The notes below the pieces were generated by a model. It was not told the DNA's origin and searched no databases. It saw only the letters and a list, made by a program, of their open reading frames with translations. Below are positions 1 to 11,177 of a DNA stretch of 64,000 bases, in pieces; the stretch's first letter is position 1; the number at the start of each line of letters is the position of its first letter. The stretch comes from Rhizodiscina lignyota. Taxonomy: Eukaryota. The position numbers and the translations under genes were made by a program. Location: contig ML978125.1 of assembly GCA_010015805.1 (NCBI GenBank), forward strand, positions 1,240,001 to 1,304,000, given 5' to 3'.

Positions 1-662
1 CATGGCCCCTTTCTTCGCGTTGAAATATGCGCCGCCTGCAATGGCGAAGACGACACCGCAAGGCAGCTATCCGAATGCAGCCCCCAAAGATCAGAAATAT
101 GGTTCGATAATCGTGGTTAGCTCTGTGGCAAGCACATATGGAGGGTGTTGGGGACCATGCTTTACAATGAGCTCGCATGCAGCATTGGGAGTCGTAAGGG
201 CAGGAGTTGCTGTTCTGAAAGGGACAGGCGTGCGGATAAACTGCATATCACCTGGTCAGATTGATGTTGGCGTGGATTTGAAAGCCGTACGCCGTGTCTT
301 CCCTTGTGCTTAACGAATCTTGCTAAACTCGCTCAGTTCGACATGCGAGGAATGAGTTCGCAACTACCCCCGTCGAGTTTGCAATCGAAAGAGGTGAGGA
401 ACCGTATCATGGATATACTGTGAATATTGAACTAATGATTGCTTGCAAAGACCCAGAAAGACAACATTGGCCTTGAGCGAGCGGGTTTGCCGACCGAAAT
501 TGGTCGCGTCGCTGGCTTTCTCGCAAGCGGATTCAGTAGTTACATTACCGGAGCCAACCTAGTTGTCGATGGCGGTGCTTCGTACGTCATAGATGGAAAT
601 CTACCATTTCAAAGCACTGACGGTGATACAGAACAATGAACCCTTTGACGGTGCCAGTCTGA
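1..662 (+). CDS. Short-chain dehydrogenase/reductase (SDR), 3' part; 5' end outside window
   Basis: Motifs GSIIVVSSVAS, GVRINCISPG and SSYITGANLVVDGG. Introns 287-336, 394-450 and 582-631 (GT..AG) join into one frame ending ...TMNPLTVPV-TGA at 660-662. Confidence 0.85.
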
Positions 663-826
663 TAGTGGGTATGTGTGAAAGATAGAACTTTAATAGCAAA
701 GGGTGGATTCCTGGGCATCCAGGTATCACAAGATACAGTCCTTTCAAGTCTTACCATCAACTCTTAACTTCTCAAGTTCTCATCTACGAGGACTGAACCA
801 CTCCTGCGCTCATAAGTCTCTTGTCG

Positions 827-1277
827 CTACGTCATCTTTGATAATAGGATAGATGCACCTTGTTCATGACCTGGATATGAGCGCAGATTATGTGCAACAC
901 TTGCTACAGTGGCGAAATCGCTCCCGTTGTCATACCAAACTGCGCCGACAATGGCCTCTACGGTATCCACAATAAGGTTCTTCTCCAGAGGATCCCCAAT
1001 ACTCTCGTGGTCTGGGTTGATGTAGGCCAACAGGCCTTTGTCGTAAACGACCATGGTTAGGTGTTTGTTGGACGAGTCTGTCGACATCTTGTCCGAGACG
1101 ATTTCTTTCTCAGTCGTCAGGAGTAGTGCTCAAAAGTACTTGGAGAGTGTTTCCTGACTCAACAACTCTCTTAATGCAGCCATAGAGAGCTTCCCCGTAC
1201 TAGTGAGCTTATATTTGAGATTATTAGGAAATAGCTTAGAGGATTTGCTTCTCATTGTTATAGAAGAGTGACGCCAT
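827..1277 (-). pseudogene. Degenerate RNase III-domain gene fragment
   Basis: ORF 827..1087 has DTVEAIVGAVWYDNG, matching the RNase III C-terminal signature (AD.VEA.IGAVYLD.G). The upstream part from an ATG near 1277 is broken by several TAA/TAG stops in TpA-rich sequence. Confidence 0.55.
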
Positions 1278-1871
1278 TGTAAGCCTCGTTCGCGCACGAG
1301 AAACTGGCCCTTTCGTACTAAAACGACACCAACATCTTGTACAACCCAGGTCGTTAAATTATTCTGACTCGATATCTGGGTATGACTCTTCTATTTTGCT
1401 ATCGAAATCTTATCACATGCAACATACTGTGATAACTCCATGCCGCCCCCCCCTAATGCACGGGGCGTCGGTCATTCGCCGATGTCGGCTAATTCAATTT
1501 TAAGATGCAATGAACAGCTAAGCTAACAGAAACCTCCACGAACTCGCATATAATCATCCTTCCCTGTTGTGACTTTCCCGATGTACACAAGTGTGCTGAT
1601 CAACGATAATAATTGGCATTGAGGACTTGGAACTCTATTGACGATGCTGGGAGTTTGTCGCTTCCAACGGAACCCGAAATTTCTCCCTCCAACTGTCACA
1701 ATCGGGCGCTCCTTCTTGTAACATACAACGCCCGACTTGTGACAGCATTGAGTAGCTAGGCTGTCCTTTGCACGAAGTCCTCCTCACTTTTCTTAGTCTC
1801 AACCTCTTTGGACCCATTTGATACCAAACTTTCGTTAAGCAGATTGTATCTATTCATAAAGCTCTTCCGCG

Positions 1872-2954
1872 ATGCTCCCATACGAAGACGAACTTCTTTT
1901 CGCGAGTCTCGCAGTCCAGCGGGCCGTCATTGCAACCAAGACTGTCCTGTCTTCTGTCCAGAAGGGCATCCTTTCCAAATCTGATGCCACACCTGTCTCA
2001 CTCGCTGACTTTGCTGGCCAAGCGCTGATCGTCTCTGCTATCCACGGCGCATTTCCGGAGGACGTTATTGTCGGCGAAGAAGATGCATCGTCACTGCGTT
2101 CAAATCCTGACTTAGCGCAACAAGTTTGGGATCTCGTTCAGTCTACAAACCTTGGGAATGAGATCAACGAGAAGCTTATGTCACGGCCCAAGTCTTTGGA
2201 AGAGATGTTGGACTTTATCGATCTCGGAGGTACCGGGAACCCAACAATTAGAGGCAGATGTTGGACTATTGACCCCGTTGATGGCACGAAGACGTTCCTC
2301 CAAGGCACACAGTACTGCGTCGTTGCCGCGTTGCTCGAAGATGGGGAGGAGAAAGCCGCTGTAATAGGGTGTCCGCACATCAATCTCCAACGCTCTCCAC
2401 CGATCATTTCAGAAACGGAAGATTCTATCGATCGCGACGGAACAGGGTGTCTTATCTCTGCGATCAAAGGCCAAGGAACGTGGGTTCGACCACTGTCCGA
2501 CAGTACCGCGGAACAAAGCAGGCAGATTAGAATACAAGGAGCCGGCGCCCCTGAACGAAACCTTATATTCACAGGAAACCAAGACACCAGAACGCCTCAA
2601 CTATCTACTCGTCATATCATCGCTGAGCGGCTCGGAGCGACCTGGCCGCCTCATCATATCTATTCGACGCAGCTTGGATATGTTGCTTGCGCGCTCGGAA
2701 CATGCGATGTGCATTTGAAGGCACCGAAGGAACCTCCGACAGAGCATGCTCCATACGTATGGGACCATGCTGGAGGCATCTTGATTTATGAGGAAGCTGG
2801 TGGGAAAGTGACTGATTTGAATGGGATGCCGGTGGTGCTGTCTGCGGGAAGGAAGCTCACGCGCAATTATGGAATCATAGCAGCGCCAGAAGAGATCCAT
2901 GGGAGGGCGTTGGAGGCAGCGAGGGTGGCAATAGACGAGGCCATCGGTCAGTGA
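1872..2954 (+). CDS. 3'(2'),5'-bisphosphate nucleotidase / inositol monophosphatase family (HAL2/MET22-like paralog)
   Basis: Intronless 360-aa ORF with KSDATPVSLADF, IVGEED, WTIDPVDGTKTF and WDHAGG motifs. Confidence 0.9.
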   Translation: MLPYEDELLFASLAVQRAVIATKTVLSSVQKGILSKSDATPVSLADFAGQALIVSAIHGAFPEDVIVGEEDASSLRSNPDLAQQVWDLVQSTNLGNEINEKLMSRPKSLEEMLDFIDLGGTGNPTIRGRCWTIDPVDGTKTFLQGTQYCVVAALLEDGEEKAAVIGCPHINLQRSPPIISETEDSIDRDGTGCLISAIKGQGTWVRPLSDSTAEQSRQIRIQGAGAPERNLIFTGNQDTRTPQLSTRHIIAERLGATWPPHHIYSTQLGYVACALGTCDVHLKAPKEPPTEHAPYVWDHAGGILIYEEAGGKVTDLNGMPVVLSAGRKLTRNYGIIAAPEEIHGRALEAARVAIDEAIGQ

Positions 2955-3767
2955 CAGCTCCATGCCACATGGTATATCGAGAGTTGTGAAACGGACTAAA
3001 TTACGGCGTGACAGAATAGTTGAGTCATAGCTACAATATATCGATCCGCGAGGATGTATATATTGAGTAGTTAACACAGATTATACATAGTTACATACCG
3101 ACGCTTCGTGTTTTGGATAAATGCGCTCTAGATTCAATCAAGCATTCAGAGATGCTCTCACTCGTGTTGAAGAATAAACTGGCTTCTTACTGCAGCCGTT
3201 CAGTCAAGCGGGCTCAACTATTTTGCGACCCGCGCGGTGAGCAAGTTCAGCGAGATTTAAGAGCCAGGAGTAGCCCGGGCCATAATACCTGGAGCGACTG
3301 AGGATGGGTCTACGGTTGACGAACTCTTGGACTCGATCAACGCCGCGTTGCGGAGGGAGGGCTTCGAGGACTTCTCACGGGTTTGGACATTGGTTGAGAA
3401 TGGACACCGGTCTGAAGGCACCCGACGTGACAGAGGCGATATTCAGGTTCCAAGATCGATAGCACCGCATAAAAATGATGAAGCCTAGTAAATCATGAGC
3501 TACTCGGCATCTAGCATTTGTAACCCTCATTCTTACCAGTTCAAGTTCCAGCCCCGAAATTCGTTACCGCCGTTAGTCACAAATCGCAACGGTTGAGGGG
3601 GGTAATCGCTCGTGTTACCGAAACCGTTGGCCATCAACACGCCCAGAAAAGAGCTTGGAGCCGTTAAACACTGCACCGTGTTCCATACGGCGACCAATGC
3701 CATCCCTCGGATTCGTTTGCTCGAGTGTGTTGATGAGTCTGACGCTGTACTTTCACATTAAAATATA

Positions 3768-3811
3768 CAACACCGCCTCACAGGCCAACACCGCCTCATA
3801 GGCCAACACCG
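3768..3811. repeat. 18-bp tandem repeat, about 2.4 copies (CAACACCGCCTCAYAGGC)
   Basis: Copies at 3768-3785, 3786-3803 and a partial copy at 3804-3811. Confidence 0.85.
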
Positions 3812-4006
3812 TTATCATGTTCCGCATATATAGAGAGCCCAGTTCACGATCCCTGGTCCCCCTTTCTCTTCCACCGCCTTCAATATCCGAACTCTTCATC
3901 ATCAAATTCCTTCTCCTACCAGTACAACACAAGCATTCTTCGGATCCCAGCATCATAGCTCTTCAGAAACTGCAGAGGCGTTCAGGCAAGCGCGGTCCTC
4001 GCAACC

Positions 4007-4952
4007 ATGCCTGTCGCAACTGATAGTTCAGTGGATCCTGACACCAGGACTCATTTTTCATTCTCATTCGTTGCTAGAGCCAATGAGGCTCAGATCAACA
4101 AGGCTTTTAGGGACCACAAGCGCGACGTAAGTGATCTTCATCCAACGGAGCTGTTCAGCAAACTTCCGATCGCAACGCAGGCAGAGGAGTCAACACAAGA
4201 AGGCGGATTCGCCGACCTCTTCGACTTCGGCAAGTTCAATGGCAAGCCCCCGGCCAAGGTAAGTCGTGTTCCCGAGGAATATGCATGTCAATCGACTGCT
4301 AAATCTTTTGCAGGTCAAACTACAGCCTTACTCCTTCTACGACTTTCCAGCAGAGATCCGGGCCCTCATCTATGACCACGTGTTAAAGCTTCCAAAGGAT
4401 CGTGACACTGTGTTCGTACAACCACCGTGGAAGTGGCACAGATACAATAACCCGGACTTCCGACATGCTCTTTTCAAGGTGTCCAAGCTGATACGCAAGG
4501 AAGCCATTTGCGAGCTGCTTCTGCAAAACAACCTAAACATCGATACTGTCACGGACATCAAATGGCTGTACTTCTGGGCGAACAACGGAGGAGTCCGGAT
4601 CAACGTCGAGTACAACATCGACAAGCTGCAGTTCCTCGAGTTCGATCGTTACAATCATCAGAAACTCTTCAGCAACTTCCTAACTCGAGTTGTGTACGAG
4701 GGCCGTCTGAAGAGCCTGAGGCTCCGCATTGCCGGATATCGCGTCGCAGACATGACTGCCGAGGAAATCATGGATGACCAAGGACTGGACAAACTTCGAG
4801 CCATGCGGGGGCTGGAGCACGTTGAAGTGTGGTTGTGGGATGGTGGAGACTACCACAGCGATCCGCGTATGCAGGAGATCACGAATTGGTTGAGGGAGGA
4901 GATGTGCAAGCCCGGTGAGAAGAAGCCGAGTGGGCCCAGAGCAAAGAACTAA
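4007..4952 (+). CDS. Hypothetical protein with F-box-like motif
   Basis: Intron 4259-4313 (GTAAGT..GCTAAA..CAG) joins ORF 4007.. to ORF ..4952. FYDFPAEIRALIYDHVL resembles the fungal F-box-like FLDLPAEIRxxIY motif. The start codon is uncertain. Confidence 0.65.
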
Positions 4953-5895
4953 GAACGGAACGTACAGCAAATGGCACGGCTTGGGAGCAGAATGAATTAT
5001 CGTCATTGTCAGTTGTACATTGTTGTCAGACTCGGAGAGGTATCTTGCCTTGCAGGAAATGGTGAAATGATATCGTTACGAAGACAGGGTGAAGGGGGAG
5101 ACTGCTTAGCAAATGGGGGATCAGAGAGAAAGCCCAGAGGAAGACTCAAATTGAAGTGGCCAAAGATAGCAATTGGCAGTTATACCACATAGCATCGTAT
5201 CGAACACATTGACAGCTGCGTGCGCTGAACTGAGTGACGGCAGGGTGCATTGCTGGCGCCTCATCACCGTCAAGAACCGAGTGCCAGCGAATGGCTTTGA
5301 TACGCTCAGACCCACCACTCAAAGTATCGTAGAGTCGCGAGATTGCACAGAAGCAGTGTAAAATGGCTCGAATACATAAAGACAAAGAGATCGCGTGAAT
5401 GTAAGGCAAACAAGAGGCAAGAGTCTTAAAGTGCCTGCGTTTTATTATGTATCGCCAATCAATGAAGAAGATTTGGGCCGCAGTAAAATGAACGATAGTG
5501 GTGATCCAACTATCAAGACATCGCCCATCTTGAATGTGGTTACCATCGGCCTCATTCCAGTGTCGTTGGTATGTACACACTCACAGTAACACTAACACGC
5601 ACACGCCACGCAGCACACGCTATGCGGCACGCGACAGGCACGCTAGGCTCCAGCGCACAGCCCGGAGTTTAGCCTATGGGCCGGTATTTATCCGAAACCC
5701 CGTACTAGCTGTTTATAGGCGCAGATAAACAAACTACAAGATCACTTCTACGCTGTACAACTCATGCAAACCTTCTCAACAGCTTCGTGAGCGCGTATCA
5801 CACCTCCAGTAGGTTTGTGGAGGCTCAGCAGCTTCTCCTTTCTTTCCTGCTCACGGCATTTCCTTCTTAGTCTCTCGTTGACAACTTAAAACACC

Positions 5896-8800
5896 ATGGA
5901 TGATTCCCTCATGAACTCCGTATTTGAGGATGATGCGAGCTCTGACTTCGCGCCCAAGCCTAAAGCTGTAAGTCTAATGTCTATCTAAAGAAATCCCCTA
6001 CTTATACTGTCTCCAGAAGGCAAAAGCTGCTCCCAAAAAGGCTGCAGCGGCGCCTAAAGCGAAGGCTGGCGCAAAGAAACTCACGCAGTCGACCCTGAAG
6101 ACTACGAAAACGGCCAAGAAGCGCGCCAAACCGGACTCTGATGCGGAAAATACTGAAGACGAGGAACCTGTATCCTTCCACGATGCCTCTCTCCTCTCAA
6201 ACACGCCGCCTTCCTCGAAGAAGCAGAAGAAAGCCCCAGCGCCAAAAAAGGCAGGCGGCAAACCACTGCAGGAGATTGCAAACGAGAGCTTCGGCATGGA
6301 TGGTACTTCTGATCCAAAGCCTGCTAAGGGTTCCTCTTCGGATAAGTATCAGAGGGTATGAGGCGTCGAGTTTTGAGGGAGGAGAGTGTGCGCTAACGGC
6401 TCTGCTAGCTTACCCAACTCGAGCACATCATCAAGCGTCCCGATACATACATTGGCTCTATTGAGCGTGACAAAAAGCAAATGTGGGCGTTCAATAGCAG
6501 TACCGATCTCATGGAGAATCGCGAGGTCAGCTATGTACCTGGCTTATACAAGATCTTCGACGAGATTCTGGTAAATGCTGCGGATAACAAGCATAATGAC
6601 AAGAATATGAACGAGATTAGAGTCACAGTGGACCGAGAGTCGGGCCAGATATCGGTTTGGAACAATGGAAGGGGAATTCCAATCGAAGTTCACAAGGTAA
6701 GGATCTTCTGGGTATATTGTATCATCAATCGCTGATTCTCCATACAGAAAGAAGGCATCTACATCCCAGAGATGATCTTCGGACACCTTCTGACCTCTTC
6801 CAATTACGATGACAATCAACAAAAGGTCACTGGTGGTCGCAACGGCTATGGCGCAAAGCTCTGTAATATCTTCAGCGTCAAGTTCACAGTGGAGACCGCC
6901 GATGCTCGGCAGAAGAAGTTCTACAAGCAGACTTGGACAGCCAACATGAGCAAAATGGGTGATGCAATAATCGAACCGTACAAGGGTGACGACTACACCA
7001 AAGTCACCTTCACCCCTGACTATGCCAAGTTTGGAATGGATGGTATGGATGACGACTTTGAGGCTCTTGTCAAACGACGCATCTACGATTTGGCTGGCAC
7101 TGTCCATGGTGTCATACTCAAGCTCAACAACGTGCGTATTAAAGTCAACAATTTCAAGAAGTACATGGAGATGTACACGAAAGCCATCAAAGCTGAGCAA
7201 GGTGCTGAAGAAGACGGTGAAGGCGCGCCAAAGGAGCAAGATGTCATCATTACAGAGAAGGTCAACGACGAATGGGAAGTCGGCTTTGCGGTATCCGATG
7301 GCTCGTTCCAACAAGTATCCTTTGTCAATTCGATCGCGACGACGTCTGGAGGATCGCACGTAAACTATGTTGCCGATCAAATCGTGACCAAGCTCATGGA
7401 GGCTGTCAAGAAGAAGAACAAAGGTGGCTTCCAGCTCAAACCACATCAGATCAAGAACCACATTTTTCTCTTCGTCAATTGCGCCATCGTCAATCCCGCT
7501 TTCACTTCGCAAACGAAGGAACAATTGACGACTAAGCCTAGCCAGTTTGGAACCAAATGCGAAGTCAGCGAGAAGTTTCTAAAGGCTATCGAAAAGACGC
7601 AGGCCGTCTCGAATATCTTGCACTTTGCGCAGAAGAAAGCAGACCAGGTTCTCTCCAAGTCTGATGGCAGCAAGCGAAGCCGCATGAACAACTCCAAATT
7701 GACCGATGCAAACAGGGCTGGAACCAAGGATGGCTGGCGATGCACACTTATCCTCACGGAAGGTGACTCTGCCAGTGGCCTAGCGCTTGCGGGTCGTTCT
7801 GTCGTCAATCCCGATCTTATCGGTGTATTCCCGCTGCGTGGTAAACTCTTGAATGTCCGTGATGCATCTCTCGACCAGATTACCAAGAATCAAGAGATTC
7901 AAAACATCAAGAAGTTTATGGGCCTACAGCACAAAAAGGAGTACACTGACACCAGGAGCCTACGGTATGGCCATCTCATGATTATGACCGATCAGGATCA
8001 TGACGGCAGTCATATCAAAGGGCTGCTCATCAACTTCTTCGAGTGCAACTTCCCAAGCTTATTGAAAATTCCGGATTTCCTGAATGTCTTCATTACCCCA
8101 ATCGTCAAGGTTTGGAAGGGCGACCCAAAGGCACCTAGGCAACTGAAGTCTTTCTTCACAATGCCTGAGTATGAGGCTTGGAAGGAAGAACCAGGTCACC
8201 AGAAAGGTTGGGATCACAAGTACTACAAGGGATTGGGTACCAGCACCTCAGATGACGCCGAGGTCTACTTCCGCGATCTTGATCGCCACCTCAAAGAGTT
8301 TGAGCCGATGAAGAGAGAAGAGGCAGAGATGATCGATCTGGCCTTCTCCAAGAAGAAGGCTGACGCGCGAAAGAACTGGTTGCGCGACTACCAACCCGGC
8401 ACTTACTTGGATATGTCAGCTAAATCGTTCACCTATGACGATTTTGTCAACAAGGAACTCATCCTCTTCTCCATCGCCGATAACCTCCGTTCTATCCCGT
8501 CTGTCATTGATGGCCTGAAGCCGTCTCAGCGCAAGGTGCTATACACCTGCTTCCGCCGTAATCTCAAGAAAGATATCAAGGTTGTCGAGCTCGCCGGTAG
8601 TGTCATGGGTCTGACCAACTACGCATATGGCGAAAGTTCGATGCAACAGACTATAACGGGTCTTGCACAAACTTTCGTTGGATCAAACAATGTTAACTGC
8701 CTTGAACCGAGTGGTAATTTCGGTAGTCGTCGTATGGGTGGTGCAGATGCCGCGAGCCCTCGTTACATCTACACCCGTCTATCGCCTTTTGCGCGAAAGA

Positions 8801-11177
8801 TCTTCAACCAGGCAGATGAACCACTGTTGACGTATCATGAAGACGATGGAGCTACGATTGAGCCGCACAACTATGTCCCGGTCGTTCCAATGCTTCTTCT
8901 GAACGGTGCTGATGGTATCGGAACTGGCTGGAGTACGTCTATTCCAAACTACAAGCCGGAAGACATCGTCGAGAATCTGAAACGTCGAATGGCTGGTACT
9001 TCAAAGGAAGACATGGTCCCCATGACCCCATGGTTCCGTGGCTACGTCGGTCAGACTGAGGATATGGGTCAAGATCGCTTCAAATTCACCGGTATCATCC
9101 GCCAGACTGGCGACAACGAGGTCGAGATCACGGAGCTGCCAGTCCGCATGTGGACGCAAGACTTCAAGGACAAACTTGAAGAGATTCTCAAGGCCGAAAA
9201 GGTTCCCTCGTTCATCAAGGATTATGTCGAATACAATACACCAACGAAAGTTCACTTCATCATTAAGCTGGAGGACAAGCATATGAAAATTGCCGTAGAG
9301 AAGGGTCTGGAGGAAACTTTCAAGCTTACAAAGAGCATGGCCACCAGCAATCTTGTTGCATTCGATGCACAAGGCCGTCTGCACAAGTATGAGACTCCCC
9401 TCGACATGATGGAAGAGTTCTATCATGTGCGATTGAAGTTCTACGAGAAGCGCAAGGTTAGTTTAAACTTCAATCCTAACTCGAGTTTAGAGTCACTGAC
9501 TGTGAATAGCAATACCTTCTCGACGAGCTGCAGAAAGATCTCGACAAGCTCAGCAACCAGTCGCGCTTCATCAAGATGATTATCGACGGCAGTCTCATCG
9601 TCTCAAAACGGAAGAAGAAAGATCTCGTGGCTGAGCTGAAGAAACTCAACTTCAGGCCCTTCCCTAAGGTCGCAGATGCACGTAAGGAAGGCGAGTTCGA
9701 GAATGTCGTTGAAAACGAAGACTCTGAGGAATCAGAAGAGACTGCAGTTGGTGCTAATGACTACGACTACCTCCTTGGCATGGCAATTTGGTCCCTCACT
9801 CAAGAGCGTGTGGATAAGCTGCTTAAGCAGATCGGTGACAAGGAGACTGAGATTGACATGCTCATCAAACTGACGCCGAAAGATATCTGGACAAAAGACC
9901 TGGATGACTTCCTCAACGAATGGTACATTCAGCTCGATGACGAGAAGAAACGTACCAAGAAATTTGCTACCATGGGTCGTCGAGCCTCAGCTAAGCTTGG
10001 CATTGAAGGCAAGGCCGATAAGCGTAAGAAGCGCGATAATGATGATTCGGACTTTGAGGTGTCAAAGAAAAAGGCCAAACCGAAGGCAAATTCGCTCACC
10101 GACTACTTCTCGAAGTACACCGAGCCGACCGCAGCGAAGCCAAAGACTGTAGGAAAGAAGGATGCGCCTCTCGTTATTGATGGTGCCGCGGATACAGTGG
10201 ACGAAGAGGCACCTAAGAAGAAGACTGCTGCTCCCAAGAAGGAAAAGGCGCCCGCAGCAAAGGCTGCCGGAAAGCCAAAGAAAACCGCTAAGCCTGCCAT
10301 TCCAACCCCCAGCGAGGAGGATGATGAGGATGTCTTCGCTGAAGTCGCAAAAGAGGAAACAGAGAAACCCAAAGCGCCCACACAGCCAGTCAGAGCTGCT
10401 CGAGCCGCTTCAAAGAAGCCTGTCAAATATGACTTGCCCTCGGACGATAGCGACAGTGATGGCAATGACATGCTTGGCGATGTGTCTACAATGGTCAAGG
10501 GTATTGGAGGCAACCCATCCGATGCTACTGCCAACCGCGCCTTGTTCTCAGCTTCGGCACAGAGGCCCACAAGCAGCCATGCCCTCTCTGCGAAAGCAAA
10601 AGAGCGATTCTCCTCTCACCGAGTTGTTGACCTATCGGATGACGATGTCGACATGACGGACTACACAAAGCTTGTGCCTCAGGGCTCACCGCAGCGGCCA
10701 GCAGCTCGCACTGCGAATGAGATCATCTTGTCCGAAGACGAAGATTCAATGGATATCGCCATCACGAAGCCAAAGGCTAAACCTGTTGCTCGCACGAATA
10801 AAGCCGCAGCGAAGCCTACGGCGAAAGCAACTACGAAGAAGGCTGCTGCAGCTCCAGCCCCAAAGAAACCCGCTCCCCTGTCTCCGGCTGCCAAGGCATA
10901 TGCAGCGAAGCAAGCTAAAGCTGCCGCTGCTAAACCTATGTCTGGGGAGACCGACGAATCGGACGATGACGACGCGAATGACCTGGTGAACGATTTGTTG
11001 AGCGACGACAGCTCACCAGCGCCTGCTCCTTCGAAGAAGGCCGATGCTGCACCTGCTGCAGGACGCCCTGGCCGGCGAGCGGCAGCTACGAAGTCCAAGT
11101 ATGTGATCAGCGACGACGAGAGCGCTAGCGAGAGCGAGGCTAGCTTTGAGGAGGATGATGACGACAGTTTCGACTAA
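5896..11177 (+). CDS. TOP2: DNA topoisomerase II
   Basis: Exons 5896-5967, 6017-6355, 6409-6696, 6748-9456, 9510-11177. Motifs EHIIKRPDTYIGS, GGRNGYGAKL, TEGDSA, PLRGK, DQDHDGSHIKG and catalytic-Tyr AASPRYIYT; K/A/acidic-rich C-terminal tail. Confidence 0.99.

Noticed and set aside
3260..3489. Coding-looking stretch (..DELLDSINAALRREGFEDFSRVW..)
   Set aside because: No start codon or clear splice acceptor and no recognisable family; possibly a gene relic but unsupported.
6544..7524. 326-aa minus-strand ORF
   Set aside because: Antisense shadow of TOP2 with no recognisable motif.
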